Below, piece after piece: positions 8,380 to 17,454 of a stretch of DNA of 64,000 bases (position 1 is the stretch's first letter; the number at the start of each line of letters is the position of its first letter). The stretch spans positions 117,868 through 181,867 of the forward strand of contig JACPMX010000014.1 of NCBI GenBank assembly GCA_016185755.1, in the 5' to 3' direction. Under the pieces are notes generated by a model. The model saw only the letters and a program-made list of their open reading frames with translations. It searched no databases and was not told the DNA's origin. The stretch is from Candidatus Woesearchaeota archaeon. Lineage in GTDB: Archaea; Nanobdellota; Nanobdellia; Woesearchaeales; GW2011-AR4. Made by a program: the position numbers and the translations under genes.

Positions 8380-8511
8380 CTTATCTAAGGTAACTCCTTT
8401 ATATTTAAACTTTGTGGCATTTAATCCCCCTGTAAACAGCCAGTCCATGCCACCATCCTCTCTTGCAATGAATCCGTCAAGGCTGCACGCAATGAATAGC
8501 CTGATTTTTCT
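8380..8511 (-). pseudogene. N-terminal fragment of a RibD-C/dihydrofolate-reductase-family gene
   Basis: Minus-strand translation MRKIRLFIACSLDGFIAREDGGMDWLF... matches the start of DHFR/RibD C-terminal-domain proteins. It ends after about 44 codons, with its stop overlapping the hicB start. Confidence 0.3.
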
Positions 8512-8721
8512 CATGGCATTAGCATGGTAAGGCAGAATAAAAGATTATCGTGGCATATTTCAATAATTCCACAACCAGCGCAAATCTTTAAAGTCCTAAA
8601 AAATGCTTGGTATTTTTGGGAACTTGAACTCTGTTCAAGTATTTGCTGGGCTTTGAAAATTCTTTGAATTTTCAAAACCTTTATAAACATAATTTATCCC
8701 TCTTTCCAAAGGGGGTGTTTT

Positions 8722-10617
8722 GTGGAACAAGCACAATTGCAGGATAACATAAAAAAAGCCGGCATTCTGGACAAGATAGATTCTCCTAAGGACATTAAAC
8801 TTCTCAGCAGAAAGCAGCTCAAAATGCTCGCAAGCGAAATAAGGCAAAGAATCCTGGAAGTAGTCTCAAAGAACGGAGGCCATCTTGGAGGCCCTTTAGG
8901 CGCAGTTGAGCTGACTTTGGCGGTTCATTGCATTTACAATGCCCCCCATGACAAGATAGTCATAGACACAGGCCATCAAAGCTACCCCCACAAGCTGATA
9001 ACAGGAAGAAGGGACAATTTCCATACTTTAAGGCAGTACAAGGGAGTCTGCGGCTTCTGCAATATTGAGGAGTCGGAATACGATGTATTCGGCGCAGGCC
9101 ACGCATCAACTGCAATTTCAGCAGCCTTGGGCATAGCAAAGGCAAGGGACTATAAGAAGGAAAAATACAAGGTAGTCTCAATAATCGGGGACGGGGCATT
9201 GACAGCAGGCCTCGCTTTTGAAGGCTTGAACAACGCAGGCGCATCAAAGACAGACATGCTTATCATACTCAATGACAACAGGATGTCGATTTCTCCAAAT
9301 GTAGGCGCGATATCAAACTATCTGAACAAGATTGTGCTTCATTCAGGCTATTTTGAATTAAGAAAGAAAACTGGAAATTTGCTTAAAAAAATCCCCGGAA
9401 TAGGAAAAGAAGGTGTTGAAAAGCTTAGCAGGGCAGAGGGAAAATTAAGGGTGCTCGGCACAGATGGAATTTTCTTTGAAAGCATGGGATTCCAGTACTT
9501 TGGGCCCATCGATGGGCATAATTTGGATGAATTGATTCCCGCATTGCAGAATGTAAAAAATCTTGAAGGCCCTGTCCTGCTCCATGTAAAGACGGAAAAG
9601 GGAAAAGGCTACTCATTTGCGGAAAAGGACCTTGACAAGTTTCATGGCATGTCGCCCTTTGACCCTGTAAACGGAAGCAAATATGTCACAACAACCAAGA
9701 TGACATGGACTGATGCATTTGCAAACGCATTGATAAGGATTGCGGAAGAAGACGAAAAGATTGTTGCCATAACAGCTGCAATGAAATCAGGCACCGGGCT
9801 GAACAAGTTTGAGAAGCATTTTCCTGAAAGGACGATTGATGTCGGGATTGCAGAGCAGCATGCCGTGACTTTTGCGGCAGGATTGGCAATTGCTGGAATG
9901 AGGCCTGTGTGCGCAATATACTCCACATTTTTGCAGAGGGCATATGACCAAATCATTCATGATGTTTGCCTTCAGAACCTCAATGTAATCTTTGCGCTTG
10001 ACAGGGCTGGCCTAGTAGGAGATGATGGCCCAACCCACAATGGGCCTTTTGACATCGCTTATTTCAGGCCCATACCGAACATAACCATTATGGTTCCAAA
10101 AGACGAGAATGAGCTGCAGCACATGCTTTACACTGCAACTAAAATAAAAGGGCCGAGCGCATTGAGATATCCAAGGGGAAATGGAATCGGCGTTGGCCTT
10201 GATCCTGAATTAAGGAAGCTTGAAGTCGGAAAAGGGGAAATCCTACAGGAAGGAAAAGACCTGCTTATTATAGGAATAGGCCCCATTCTTTACGATGCAA
10301 TGCAGGCAATTGACGAGCTGAAATGCAGCGCAGCAGTAATCAACGCAAGATTTGTCAAGCCTCTTGATGAAAATATGATTTTGAAATATGCGCGAAAGTT
10401 CAGGAATATAATGACCCTTGAGGAAGGGGTTTTGAGCGGAGGGTTTGGCTCTGCTGTTATGGAATTGCTCGAAGGCAGCGGAATAAAATCAAATGTAAAA
10501 AGGATTGGCATTCCCGATAATTTCATCGAGCACGGAAAGCAGGACATACAGAAAAAACTGGCGGGAATTGACAAGGAGAGCGTAAAAATTGCCATTAGCA
10601 GTTTATTGGTCAAATAG
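8722..10617 (+). CDS. dxs: 1-deoxy-D-xylulose-5-phosphate synthase (GTG start)
   Basis: 631 aa; TPP-dependent transketolase-like; GDG...N ThDP motif; first MEP-pathway enzyme. Confidence 0.9.
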   Translation: MEQAQLQDNIKKAGILDKIDSPKDIKLLSRKQLKMLASEIRQRILEVVSKNGGHLGGPLGAVELTLAVHCIYNAPHDKIVIDTGHQSYPHKLITGRRDNFHTLRQYKGVCGFCNIEESEYDVFGAGHASTAISAALGIAKARDYKKEKYKVVSIIGDGALTAGLAFEGLNNAGASKTDMLIILNDNRMSISPNVGAISNYLNKIVLHSGYFELRKKTGNLLKKIPGIGKEGVEKLSRAEGKLRVLGTDGIFFESMGFQYFGPIDGHNLDELIPALQNVKNLEGPVLLHVKTEKGKGYSFAEKDLDKFHGMSPFDPVNGSKYVTTTKMTWTDAFANALIRIAEEDEKIVAITAAMKSGTGLNKFEKHFPERTIDVGIAEQHAVTFAAGLAIAGMRPVCAIYSTFLQRAYDQIIHDVCLQNLNVIFALDRAGLVGDDGPTHNGPFDIAYFRPIPNITIMVPKDENELQHMLYTATKIKGPSALRYPRGNGIGVGLDPELRKLEVGKGEILQEGKDLLIIGIGPILYDAMQAIDELKCSAAVINARFVKPLDENMILKYARKFRNIMTLEEGVLSGGFGSAVMELLEGSGIKSNVKRIGIPDNFIEHGKQDIQKKLAGIDKESVKIAISSLLVK

Positions 10618-10751
10618 TGATTTTTTAAAATTATTTTATTTAATGGCAAAAGAGCTTAATGCGATGGGAAAGATAGAAATAAATCAAATAAAACCTAAAT
10701 TTTACATTAACTAAAACATTCAAAAATTAAATATAGAATAAAAACCAAAAA

Positions 10752-11822
10752 ATGATCCAGAATAACATCGGAAGGAGAAAATCCCGCAAAGTAAAGGTCG
10801 GCAAACTGTTCATTGGCGGAGATGCTCCCATAACCATCCAGTCAATGACCACGACAGACACAACTGATGTAAAGGCAACAATTGAGCAGATTCATGGTTT
10901 GGAGGAAGTTGGATGCGACATCGTAAGGGTATCCGCTCCTACAATGGAGGCTGCAAAGGCGTTAAAGGAAATCAAGGAAAATATAAGCATTCCTCTTGTT
11001 GTTGACATTCATTTTGACTACAGGATTGCCCTTGAGGCTGTCAAGAATGTTGACAAGCTGAGGATTAACCCCGGCAATATTGGAAATCCTGACAAGGTGC
11101 AGCAGGTTGTAAAGGCGTGCAAAGATTTTCAAGTCCCGATGAGGATTGGAGTCAATCTGGGCTCTTTGGAAAGAGATTTGTTTGACAAATACGGCTATTC
11201 TTCGGAGGCAATGGTTGAAAGCGCAATGCGCCATGTGAAAATCCTTGAGGAGCTTGATTTTTATGACACGATCGTTTCTTTGAAAGCATCTGATGTGCCA
11301 AGAATGGTGAAGGCATACAAATTGTTTGCAGAAAAAACTGATTATCCCCTGCACCTTGGTGTTACAGAAGCAGGCTCAAAATTGCCAGGCGCCATAAAAT
11401 CATCTATGGGGATGGGAATGCTTTTGTCAGAAGGGATTGGAGACACTTTAAGGGTTTCATTGTCAGAGGATCCAAAAGAAGAAGTCAAGGTCGGAAAGCA
11501 AATTTTAAGGAGCCTTGGATTGAGGAATGATGGAGTGCAGGTCACATCCTGTCCAACGTGCGCAAGGACAGAGATAGATGTAATCAAGCTGGTCGAGCAG
11601 CTTGAGAACGCAACTGAAAAAATAAAAAAGCCGGTGCATGTCGCAATCATGGGCTGCGCAGTCAACGGGCCGGGGGAGTCAAGAAAATCAGACATCGGAA
11701 TTGTAGGCGCGCCAGGAAACCATCTGCTTTACAAAGACGGCAAGATTGTTAAGAGAATAAATGATGATGAAATTTACGAAGTTCTTTTGAAGGAGATTAA
11801 TGAGAAAGCAAATGAATCGTAA
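10752..11822 (+). CDS. ispG: 4-hydroxy-3-methylbut-2-enyl diphosphate synthase (GcpE)
   Basis: 356 aa; GcpE family with C-terminal Cys ligands (CPTCART, GCAVNGPGE). Confidence 0.9.
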   Translation: MIQNNIGRRKSRKVKVGKLFIGGDAPITIQSMTTTDTTDVKATIEQIHGLEEVGCDIVRVSAPTMEAAKALKEIKENISIPLVVDIHFDYRIALEAVKNVDKLRINPGNIGNPDKVQQVVKACKDFQVPMRIGVNLGSLERDLFDKYGYSSEAMVESAMRHVKILEELDFYDTIVSLKASDVPRMVKAYKLFAEKTDYPLHLGVTEAGSKLPGAIKSSMGMGMLLSEGIGDTLRVSLSEDPKEEVKVGKQILRSLGLRNDGVQVTSCPTCARTEIDVIKLVEQLENATEKIKKPVHVAIMGCAVNGPGESRKSDIGIVGAPGNHLLYKDGKIVKRINDDEIYEVLLKEINEKANES

Positions 11823-12519
11823 AATTATACTTTTTTTGATATTGACTGTTTTTTTGATAAATATTGGAAATTCATTCGCTAAATCAAACGAATATTATAC
11901 TTGCGAATATTTCAATTCTGGTTTATGTATAGAAGTTTGGTTTAATACATCAATAAGTAATTTAACTGATAAACCTAGCGAATATGGGAAATTTCCATAT
12001 TACACCCAACAAGGAGACTATTTGTATATAGAAAAATTCATCGCAATTAATCATGGGGAAAAAATAAATAGCAGCACTACTTATACTTTAGATATATGGC
12101 CATTAGAATACAAGGGCATGGATGAGAGATTAACAAAATATGGACCTTATACCAATAATTATGGTAAAATTGATATCGAAATTCCTCCTTTAGCTAAAGG
12201 AGACAAGTTTGAATTAGATTATTTACAAAATAGTGTTTATATCAAAAAATTAAATGATCAACCAATTGGTAAATATTCTCATTGGTTTATAGAACTTTAT
12301 AAAGAAGGAGAATGGTTCATCGACGAGGATATTGCAGGAGAAATTGGTGGATATACCTCTATTTTTAATGGATTTAGAAGTCGAATCTTTCAAGTCAACC
12401 CTCCATTAGAGTTAGAAACATTTAGCGATGTAAGAAAACAAGTTAAGTATATCCTTCCTACATTTTTAGTTTCTGTAATAAGTTTAATTGTTTCTATATA
12501 TAGTTTAAGAAGAAGATGA
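11800..12519 (+). CDS. Secreted or surface protein with N-terminal signal/TM and C-terminal TM anchor
   Basis: 239 aa; AT-rich codon usage clearly lower in GC than the flanking MEP genes; overlaps ispG by 23 nt. Confidence 0.45.
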   Translation: MRKQMNRKIILFLILTVFLINIGNSFAKSNEYYTCEYFNSGLCIEVWFNTSISNLTDKPSEYGKFPYYTQQGDYLYIEKFIAINHGEKINSSTTYTLDIWPLEYKGMDERLTKYGPYTNNYGKIDIEIPPLAKGDKFELDYLQNSVYIKKLNDQPIGKYSHWFIELYKEGEWFIDEDIAGEIGGYTSIFNGFRSRIFQVNPPLELETFSDVRKQVKYILPTFLVSVISLIVSIYSLRRR

Positions 12520-12521
12520 AA

Positions 12522-12836
12522 TCAATTCCTTACAATAACTTTCTTCCTCTTATTCAGCGGCTCTATAACCAAAGTGTCGAACAAGTCAATCATCTTTCTG
12601 ACGAAAGGGCTTGATGTATTCAGCTTGTATAGCTTTGCATTGCCGATGTTCCTTGTTGGCTTTATTATCCCAAGCTCGACAAAATCGCTCCAAATCCTAA
12701 ATAAAGTGGTTCTTCCGATGCCGGCTCCCTCTGCAATGTCTGAAATAGAATAATCTAGCTCCCTGCCTTCTATCAAAAATTCCAAAACCTTGATTTTTGG
12801 TGTGTTATCAAAAATCTTAACCAATTTTGTCGTCAT
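12522..12836 (-). CDS. Winged-helix DNA-binding transcriptional regulator
   Basis: 104 aa; SISDIAEGAGIGRTTLFRIW helix-turn-helix segment. Confidence 0.5.
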   Translation of the reverse strand: MTTKLVKIFDNTPKIKVLEFLIEGRELDYSISDIAEGAGIGRTTLFRIWSDFVELGIIKPTRNIGNAKLYKLNTSSPFVRKMIDLFDTLVIEPLNKRKKVIVRN

Positions 12837-13043
12837 AGTATTATCTACTATTGGGAATATTCAAATATTTCTATTTTGCAAAGTATATTTCTGAGTATCA
12901 CTGGCCACTGGACATGGCTACGTGAACTATATAAATCAATAGATTTAACGCATTTAAAAAATAAAAGCCGCACAACTTGGCGGTACGGAAGCTTCAGAAC
13001 CTCAATAAATATGCTGGGCTATCAAGTATTTAAATTTTACTAT

Positions 13044-13156
13044 GCCGCGGTCGCATAACTTGGAAGTGCGGGAGCTTCAGAACCTCCTGTCCGAAAGGGC
13101 ATCTGGGTTCAAATCCTAAAAGGATTTGCTTTTGGGTGGAAATCCCAGCCGCGGCG
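13044..13156 (+). tRNA. tRNA-Leu(CAG), class II, with ~29-nt non-canonical intron in the T-loop
   Basis: Acceptor GCCGCGG/CCGCGGC; D arm CGCA/TGCG; anticodon stem-loop GGAGC-TTCAGAA-CCTCC; long variable arm GTCC-GAAA-GGGC. T arm is CTGGG-TTCAAAT...CCCAG, interrupted by TAAAAGGATTTGCTTTTGGGTGGAAATCC, whose own ends are complementary (GGATTT/AAATCC). Confidence 0.6.
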
Positions 13157-13236
13157 CTTATGTTCTACAAAAACTGCCTTTGCATTCAAAGGAAAGATTT
13201 ATAATCCAACTAAATGATACTTGCCTTGGGGGTTAC

Positions 13237-14400
13237 ATGAAACATCTATCCATTTTGGGAAGCACTGGCAGCATTGGCACCCAGACTCTTGATATTGCAA
13301 GGCAATTTCCGAATGAATTCAAGATCGTTGGACTGACTGCAAACAGGAATTCTGAATTGCTGTTAAAGCAGATAAAAGAATTCAAGCCAAAAGCTGTTGC
13401 GATAATGGACAAAAGCAAGGTTGATGATTTATTGAATTTTTCCTCGTGCCAGGTTTATTCAGGAATTGAAGGATTAAACAGGATTGCTTCATTGAGTGAA
13501 GCAGATACTGTTGTAAATGCACTGGTTGGAAGCATAGGAATCGAGCCGACGCACAATGCAATAAAATCAGGAAAAAACATTGCGCTTGCAAACAAGGAAA
13601 CGCTTGTGGCAGCAGGCTCCGTCATTATGGACGAAGTTAAGAAAAATAATGTGAATTTGATGCCGATTGATTCAGAGCATTCCGCAATTTTCCAGTGCCT
13701 CAATGGAGAAAATATAAAGGAAGTCAGCAAAATTACAATAACCTGTTCAGGAGGCCCGTTCAGGAACCATTCAAGAGAGCAAATGGAAAATGTTTCTTTG
13801 AAAGATGCACTGAAGCACCCGACATGGAACATGGGCAGCAAAATAACAATTGACTCTGCAACTTTGATGAACAAGGGATTTGAAGTCATTGAGGCGCATT
13901 GGCTGTATGATATGGACTATGAAAAGATAAAAGTCATAATCCATCCCCAAAGCATAGTCCATTCTTTGGTTGAATTTGTTGACCATTCGGTAATTGCGCA
14001 ATTGGGACTGCCGGACATGAAAATACCGATCCAATACGCATTGACCTATCCAAAGAGATTCCAAAATCTAAGCGCCCCATTGGACTTGGCAAAAATAAAA
14101 GCTCTTGAGTTCAGCGAGCCTGACTTTGAAAAGTTTCCATGCCTGAAATTTGCATATGAAGCCGGAGCAATCGGGGGGACTTTGCCTGCTGTCATGAACG
14201 CAGCAAATGAAATTGCAGTTCATGCATTCCTTGGGAATAAAATAAGGTTTTTGGACATACAAAGGCTTGTAAGAAAGCTGATGGACGGGCACAATTTGAT
14301 AAAAAGCCCCAGCCTTGGCAATATTCTTGAGACTGACAAAAAGACTAAAGAAGAAACATCTAAAATCATTGAAGAGGAGATTAGCATAAAGAATCAATAA
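13237..14400 (+). CDS. dxr: 1-deoxy-D-xylulose-5-phosphate reductoisomerase
   Basis: Starts MKHLSILGSTGSIGTQTLD (NADPH-binding motif); the supplied ORF begins earlier inside the tRNA. Confidence 0.9.
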   Translation: MKHLSILGSTGSIGTQTLDIARQFPNEFKIVGLTANRNSELLLKQIKEFKPKAVAIMDKSKVDDLLNFSSCQVYSGIEGLNRIASLSEADTVVNALVGSIGIEPTHNAIKSGKNIALANKETLVAAGSVIMDEVKKNNVNLMPIDSEHSAIFQCLNGENIKEVSKITITCSGGPFRNHSREQMENVSLKDALKHPTWNMGSKITIDSATLMNKGFEVIEAHWLYDMDYEKIKVIIHPQSIVHSLVEFVDHSVIAQLGLPDMKIPIQYALTYPKRFQNLSAPLDLAKIKALEFSEPDFEKFPCLKFAYEAGAIGGTLPAVMNAANEIAVHAFLGNKIRFLDIQRLVRKLMDGHNLIKSPSLGNILETDKKTKEETSKIIEEEISIKNQ

Positions 14401-14409
14401 TTTCTAAAA

Positions 14410-15591
14410 ATGAACTTTGCAATAATAGTTGCTGCGGGAAAGGGCAGGAGGATGGGAAAAAATGCAAACAAAGTTTTTTTGCCCCTGATGAGCAGGCCGA
14501 TGATTTGGCATGTTCTGGATATTTTCCACAGTTGCGGGAAAATCGATGAGATTATTGTAGTGGCTCAAAAGAGCGATTTTGAAAAAATCAGAGGGATTAA
14601 AAGCGAATACGGATTTGATAAAATAAAAAAAATTGTTGCAGGAGGAGAAGAAAGGCAGGATTCTGTCTATAACGGGCTGATGTCAATAAAGGCAAAAGAA
14701 GATGACATTGTCTTGGTACATAACGGAAGCAACCCTTTAGTCCTTGAAAATGAAATTGATGAATGCATCAATGCCGCAATAAAGTTTGATGCTGCTGTTG
14801 CAGGATTTCCGCTGAAAGACACAATCAAAAAGGCAAGCGGTGATTTTGTGGAAAAGACAGTAGACAGAAAAGACATTTTCCAAGTGCAAACGCCCCAGGC
14901 TGTGAAATACGGATTATTTGCTGAAGCATTCAAAAACGCCAAAAAGAAAAAACTTAAAGCAACCGATGATGTTTCCCTTGTCGAGGCACTTGGCAGGAAA
15001 GTAAAGATTGTCCGATGCTCTTATGAAAATATAAAAGTAACCACGCAGGACGACCTGAGAATTGCAGAGGGAATTTTGATGAGCAGGAATAAAACGAATA
15101 AGGATTCTAAGATTGGATTTGGGCATGACAGCCACAGGTTTTCAGCAAGCAGGAGCAGAAAGCTTGTTTTAGGAGGGTATATCATGCCTAATGAAACCGG
15201 GCTGGAGGCAAACTCTGACGGAGACCTTATTTTGCATGCCTTGTTCAACGCGATAAGCTCTGCAATCGGCATGAAGTCCCTTGGACACTATGCGGACCCT
15301 ATGCTTGAAAAAGGGGTTACTGACAGCAAGGAATATCTTCAGGTTATCCTAAAAAAATTAAACGAAAAAAACATGGGAATAAACAACATAAGCATTTCAA
15401 TTGAGGCAAAAAGGCCGAGGCTTGATGACAGCACTGACAAGATCATTCAATCTTTATCAAAAATACTGGCAATAAGCAAGGAAAGAATAGGGATTACCTG
15501 CACTTCAGGGGAGGGGCTGACGCCTTTTGGAAGAGGCGAAGGAATGCAGTGCTTTGCTGTTGTTTCTTTATGCTCTAGTCCCAATCAATAA
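14410..15591 (+). CDS. ispDF: Bifunctional IspD/IspF (MEP cytidylyltransferase + MEcPP synthase)
   Basis: 393 aa; N-terminal IIVAAGKGRRMG (IspD) and C-terminal GFGHDSHRF (IspF). Confidence 0.9.
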   Translation: MNFAIIVAAGKGRRMGKNANKVFLPLMSRPMIWHVLDIFHSCGKIDEIIVVAQKSDFEKIRGIKSEYGFDKIKKIVAGGEERQDSVYNGLMSIKAKEDDIVLVHNGSNPLVLENEIDECINAAIKFDAAVAGFPLKDTIKKASGDFVEKTVDRKDIFQVQTPQAVKYGLFAEAFKNAKKKKLKATDDVSLVEALGRKVKIVRCSYENIKVTTQDDLRIAEGILMSRNKTNKDSKIGFGHDSHRFSASRSRKLVLGGYIMPNETGLEANSDGDLILHALFNAISSAIGMKSLGHYADPMLEKGVTDSKEYLQVILKKLNEKNMGINNISISIEAKRPRLDDSTDKIIQSLSKILAISKERIGITCTSGEGLTPFGRGEGMQCFAVVSLCSSPNQ

Positions 15592-16419
15592 ATTATTGAA
15601 CGGGGATACATTTGGGTGATAAAGTCTTACAATTCTTGCGTTATAACCCATTGCCTTCAGATTTTCAGCCCTCACATAGTCAATTATTTCCATGGCTTTT
15701 CTTGCTACCGGGCGATATCCATCAGACTGTTGCATATGCCCTACTGCTCTTGCTAAGACGGTAAATAATTTTTCACTTAGCTTTATCCCTGAAGCTAAGG
15801 TCGACATGTCAAAATCCATTTGCCCGTGATGGCATGGTACAACAGCAAATAAATCCGGCAAACTGCTTTGTAATTGGGCGTACCTGCCAATTAAATCGGG
15901 AAGGCTTCCACAGCAATATAAGCCAAGATATGCCACTTTACCATCTGCGCGAAGTATTTCGGGTGATGGTTTTTTGTCTCTTAGTGTTGCCAAATCGAAT
16001 TTGACAAATGGAATATCATATTTCCGAATACATGGGAAGTATCTTTCAAGCAAATAGCTCCTAGGGAACCTAACGTCAACTCTTGTTACAGGTGCCCCAG
16101 CAAGGTGAGCGATTGCATAAGCCAAGAAACTTTTGCCAGAGCACCAATCAACATAATTAACATCAGGCTCCAGAAAACCGGCATTATCGATTTCACTCAG
16201 TAATGGCTTCAATATCCCCAACTTTATTTTATGGACAGTTGTTTTTTGTTCTCTAGCGAGGCTATCCACTCCCTCTTGGAGATGAGAATCCTCAAATAGC
16301 TTTTCTACCCTTTTTGAAGGTTTTGTTTCCTGCAACTCTTCACCAATTTTCCATCTTTCATGCAAACCACTGATTAGCTTGATTCTTTCTTCCAATACTT
16401 GGGATTTAGACATACTCAT
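15568..16419 (-). CDS. Putative SAM-dependent methyltransferase (Methyltransf_32-like)
   Basis: 283 aa; VDWCSGKSFLAYAIA motif-I-like segment and conserved Cys/His cluster. Antisense to the MEP genes and overlaps the ispDF 3' end by 24 nt. Confidence 0.45.
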   Translation of the reverse strand: MSMSKSQVLEERIKLISGLHERWKIGEELQETKPSKRVEKLFEDSHLQEGVDSLAREQKTTVHKIKLGILKPLLSEIDNAGFLEPDVNYVDWCSGKSFLAYAIAHLAGAPVTRVDVRFPRSYLLERYFPCIRKYDIPFVKFDLATLRDKKPSPEILRADGKVAYLGLYCCGSLPDLIGRYAQLQSSLPDLFAVVPCHHGQMDFDMSTLASGIKLSEKLFTVLARAVGHMQQSDGYRPVARKAMEIIDYVRAENLKAMGYNARIVRLYHPNVSPFNNLLIGTRA

Positions 16420-16499
16420 AAGAACTATGAGTCATTTAAAAAGTTTATGAACCCCAAAAATTAGCAAAGATTATATATGAAAATAATAATCTATATGTT

Positions 16500-17348
16500 A
16501 TGGCAATAAGCTCATACGCAAAAGTCAACCTTTACCTGAAGATAGGCAAGAAGCTCGGCTCAGGCTACCACAACATACAGTCAGTTATGCAGAAGATAGA
16601 GCTGAGCGACAGCATATCCATAGAGCCGATAAACGAGGATAAAATAATAGTGGAATCCACAAACAAGGAGCTTGAAAACGAGAACAATCTCGCCTACAAG
16701 GTTGCCATGCTTCTCAAGAAGAAATTCAAGGTAAGGCACGGAGTCAAAATTTTCATAGAGAAAAACGTGCCTCTTGAAGCAGGCTTAGGAGGGGGCTCAA
16801 GCAATGCAGCAACTGTCCTGATGAGCCTCAACAAGCTGTGGGGCCTTAAGCTCAAGGAAAAGCAGCTTATAGGGCTTGCTGCCCAGATTGGCTCTGACGT
16901 GCCTTTCTTCATTGGCGATAACGCAGCTCTCGTGGAGGGAATCGGCGACAGGATAAAGCGCATAAGGAAGTCGTTCAGCATCAATATAGTCCTCATAAAC
17001 CCGGGCTTCAGGGTCTCGACAAAATGGGCATATTCAGCTTTTGACAGGCAAAAACCAAAGATAAAGGCAAATGCCGATATTAAAAATCTGGTGAAGGCCA
17101 TAGAAAAAAAAGACATAAAAGAGATAGCAAGCAACCTGCACAATGATTTTGAGACTATTGTGACCAAAAAATACAAGGTGATAAACGACATCAGGACAAA
17201 TCTCCTCAGAAACGATGCCCTGAATGCCTGCGTCTCTGGCTCCGGTCCCACTGTCTTCGGCATCTTCAACAGCATCTATGAGGCAAGAGAAGCCTTTTTC
17301 AAGATTCAGTATGATTACCCGTTCGTGTTTTTGACAAAGACTATATAA
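16500..17348 (+). CDS. ispE: 4-diphosphocytidyl-2-C-methyl-D-erythritol kinase
   Basis: 282 aa; GHMP kinase motif PLEAGLGGGSSNAA. Confidence 0.85.
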   Translation: MAISSYAKVNLYLKIGKKLGSGYHNIQSVMQKIELSDSISIEPINEDKIIVESTNKELENENNLAYKVAMLLKKKFKVRHGVKIFIEKNVPLEAGLGGGSSNAATVLMSLNKLWGLKLKEKQLIGLAAQIGSDVPFFIGDNAALVEGIGDRIKRIRKSFSINIVLINPGFRVSTKWAYSAFDRQKPKIKANADIKNLVKAIEKKDIKEIASNLHNDFETIVTKKYKVINDIRTNLLRNDALNACVSGSGPTVFGIFNSIYEAREAFFKIQYDYPFVFLTKTI

Positions 17349-17454
17349 AGAAAATAAGCCATGATTATATGGGGGCTGTTCATTTTTTTTGGTTTGAAAT
17401 ATTTTTATTGGGCATGCCCTACTGGTCAAGGCAAGAATAACAAAAACATAAAAA

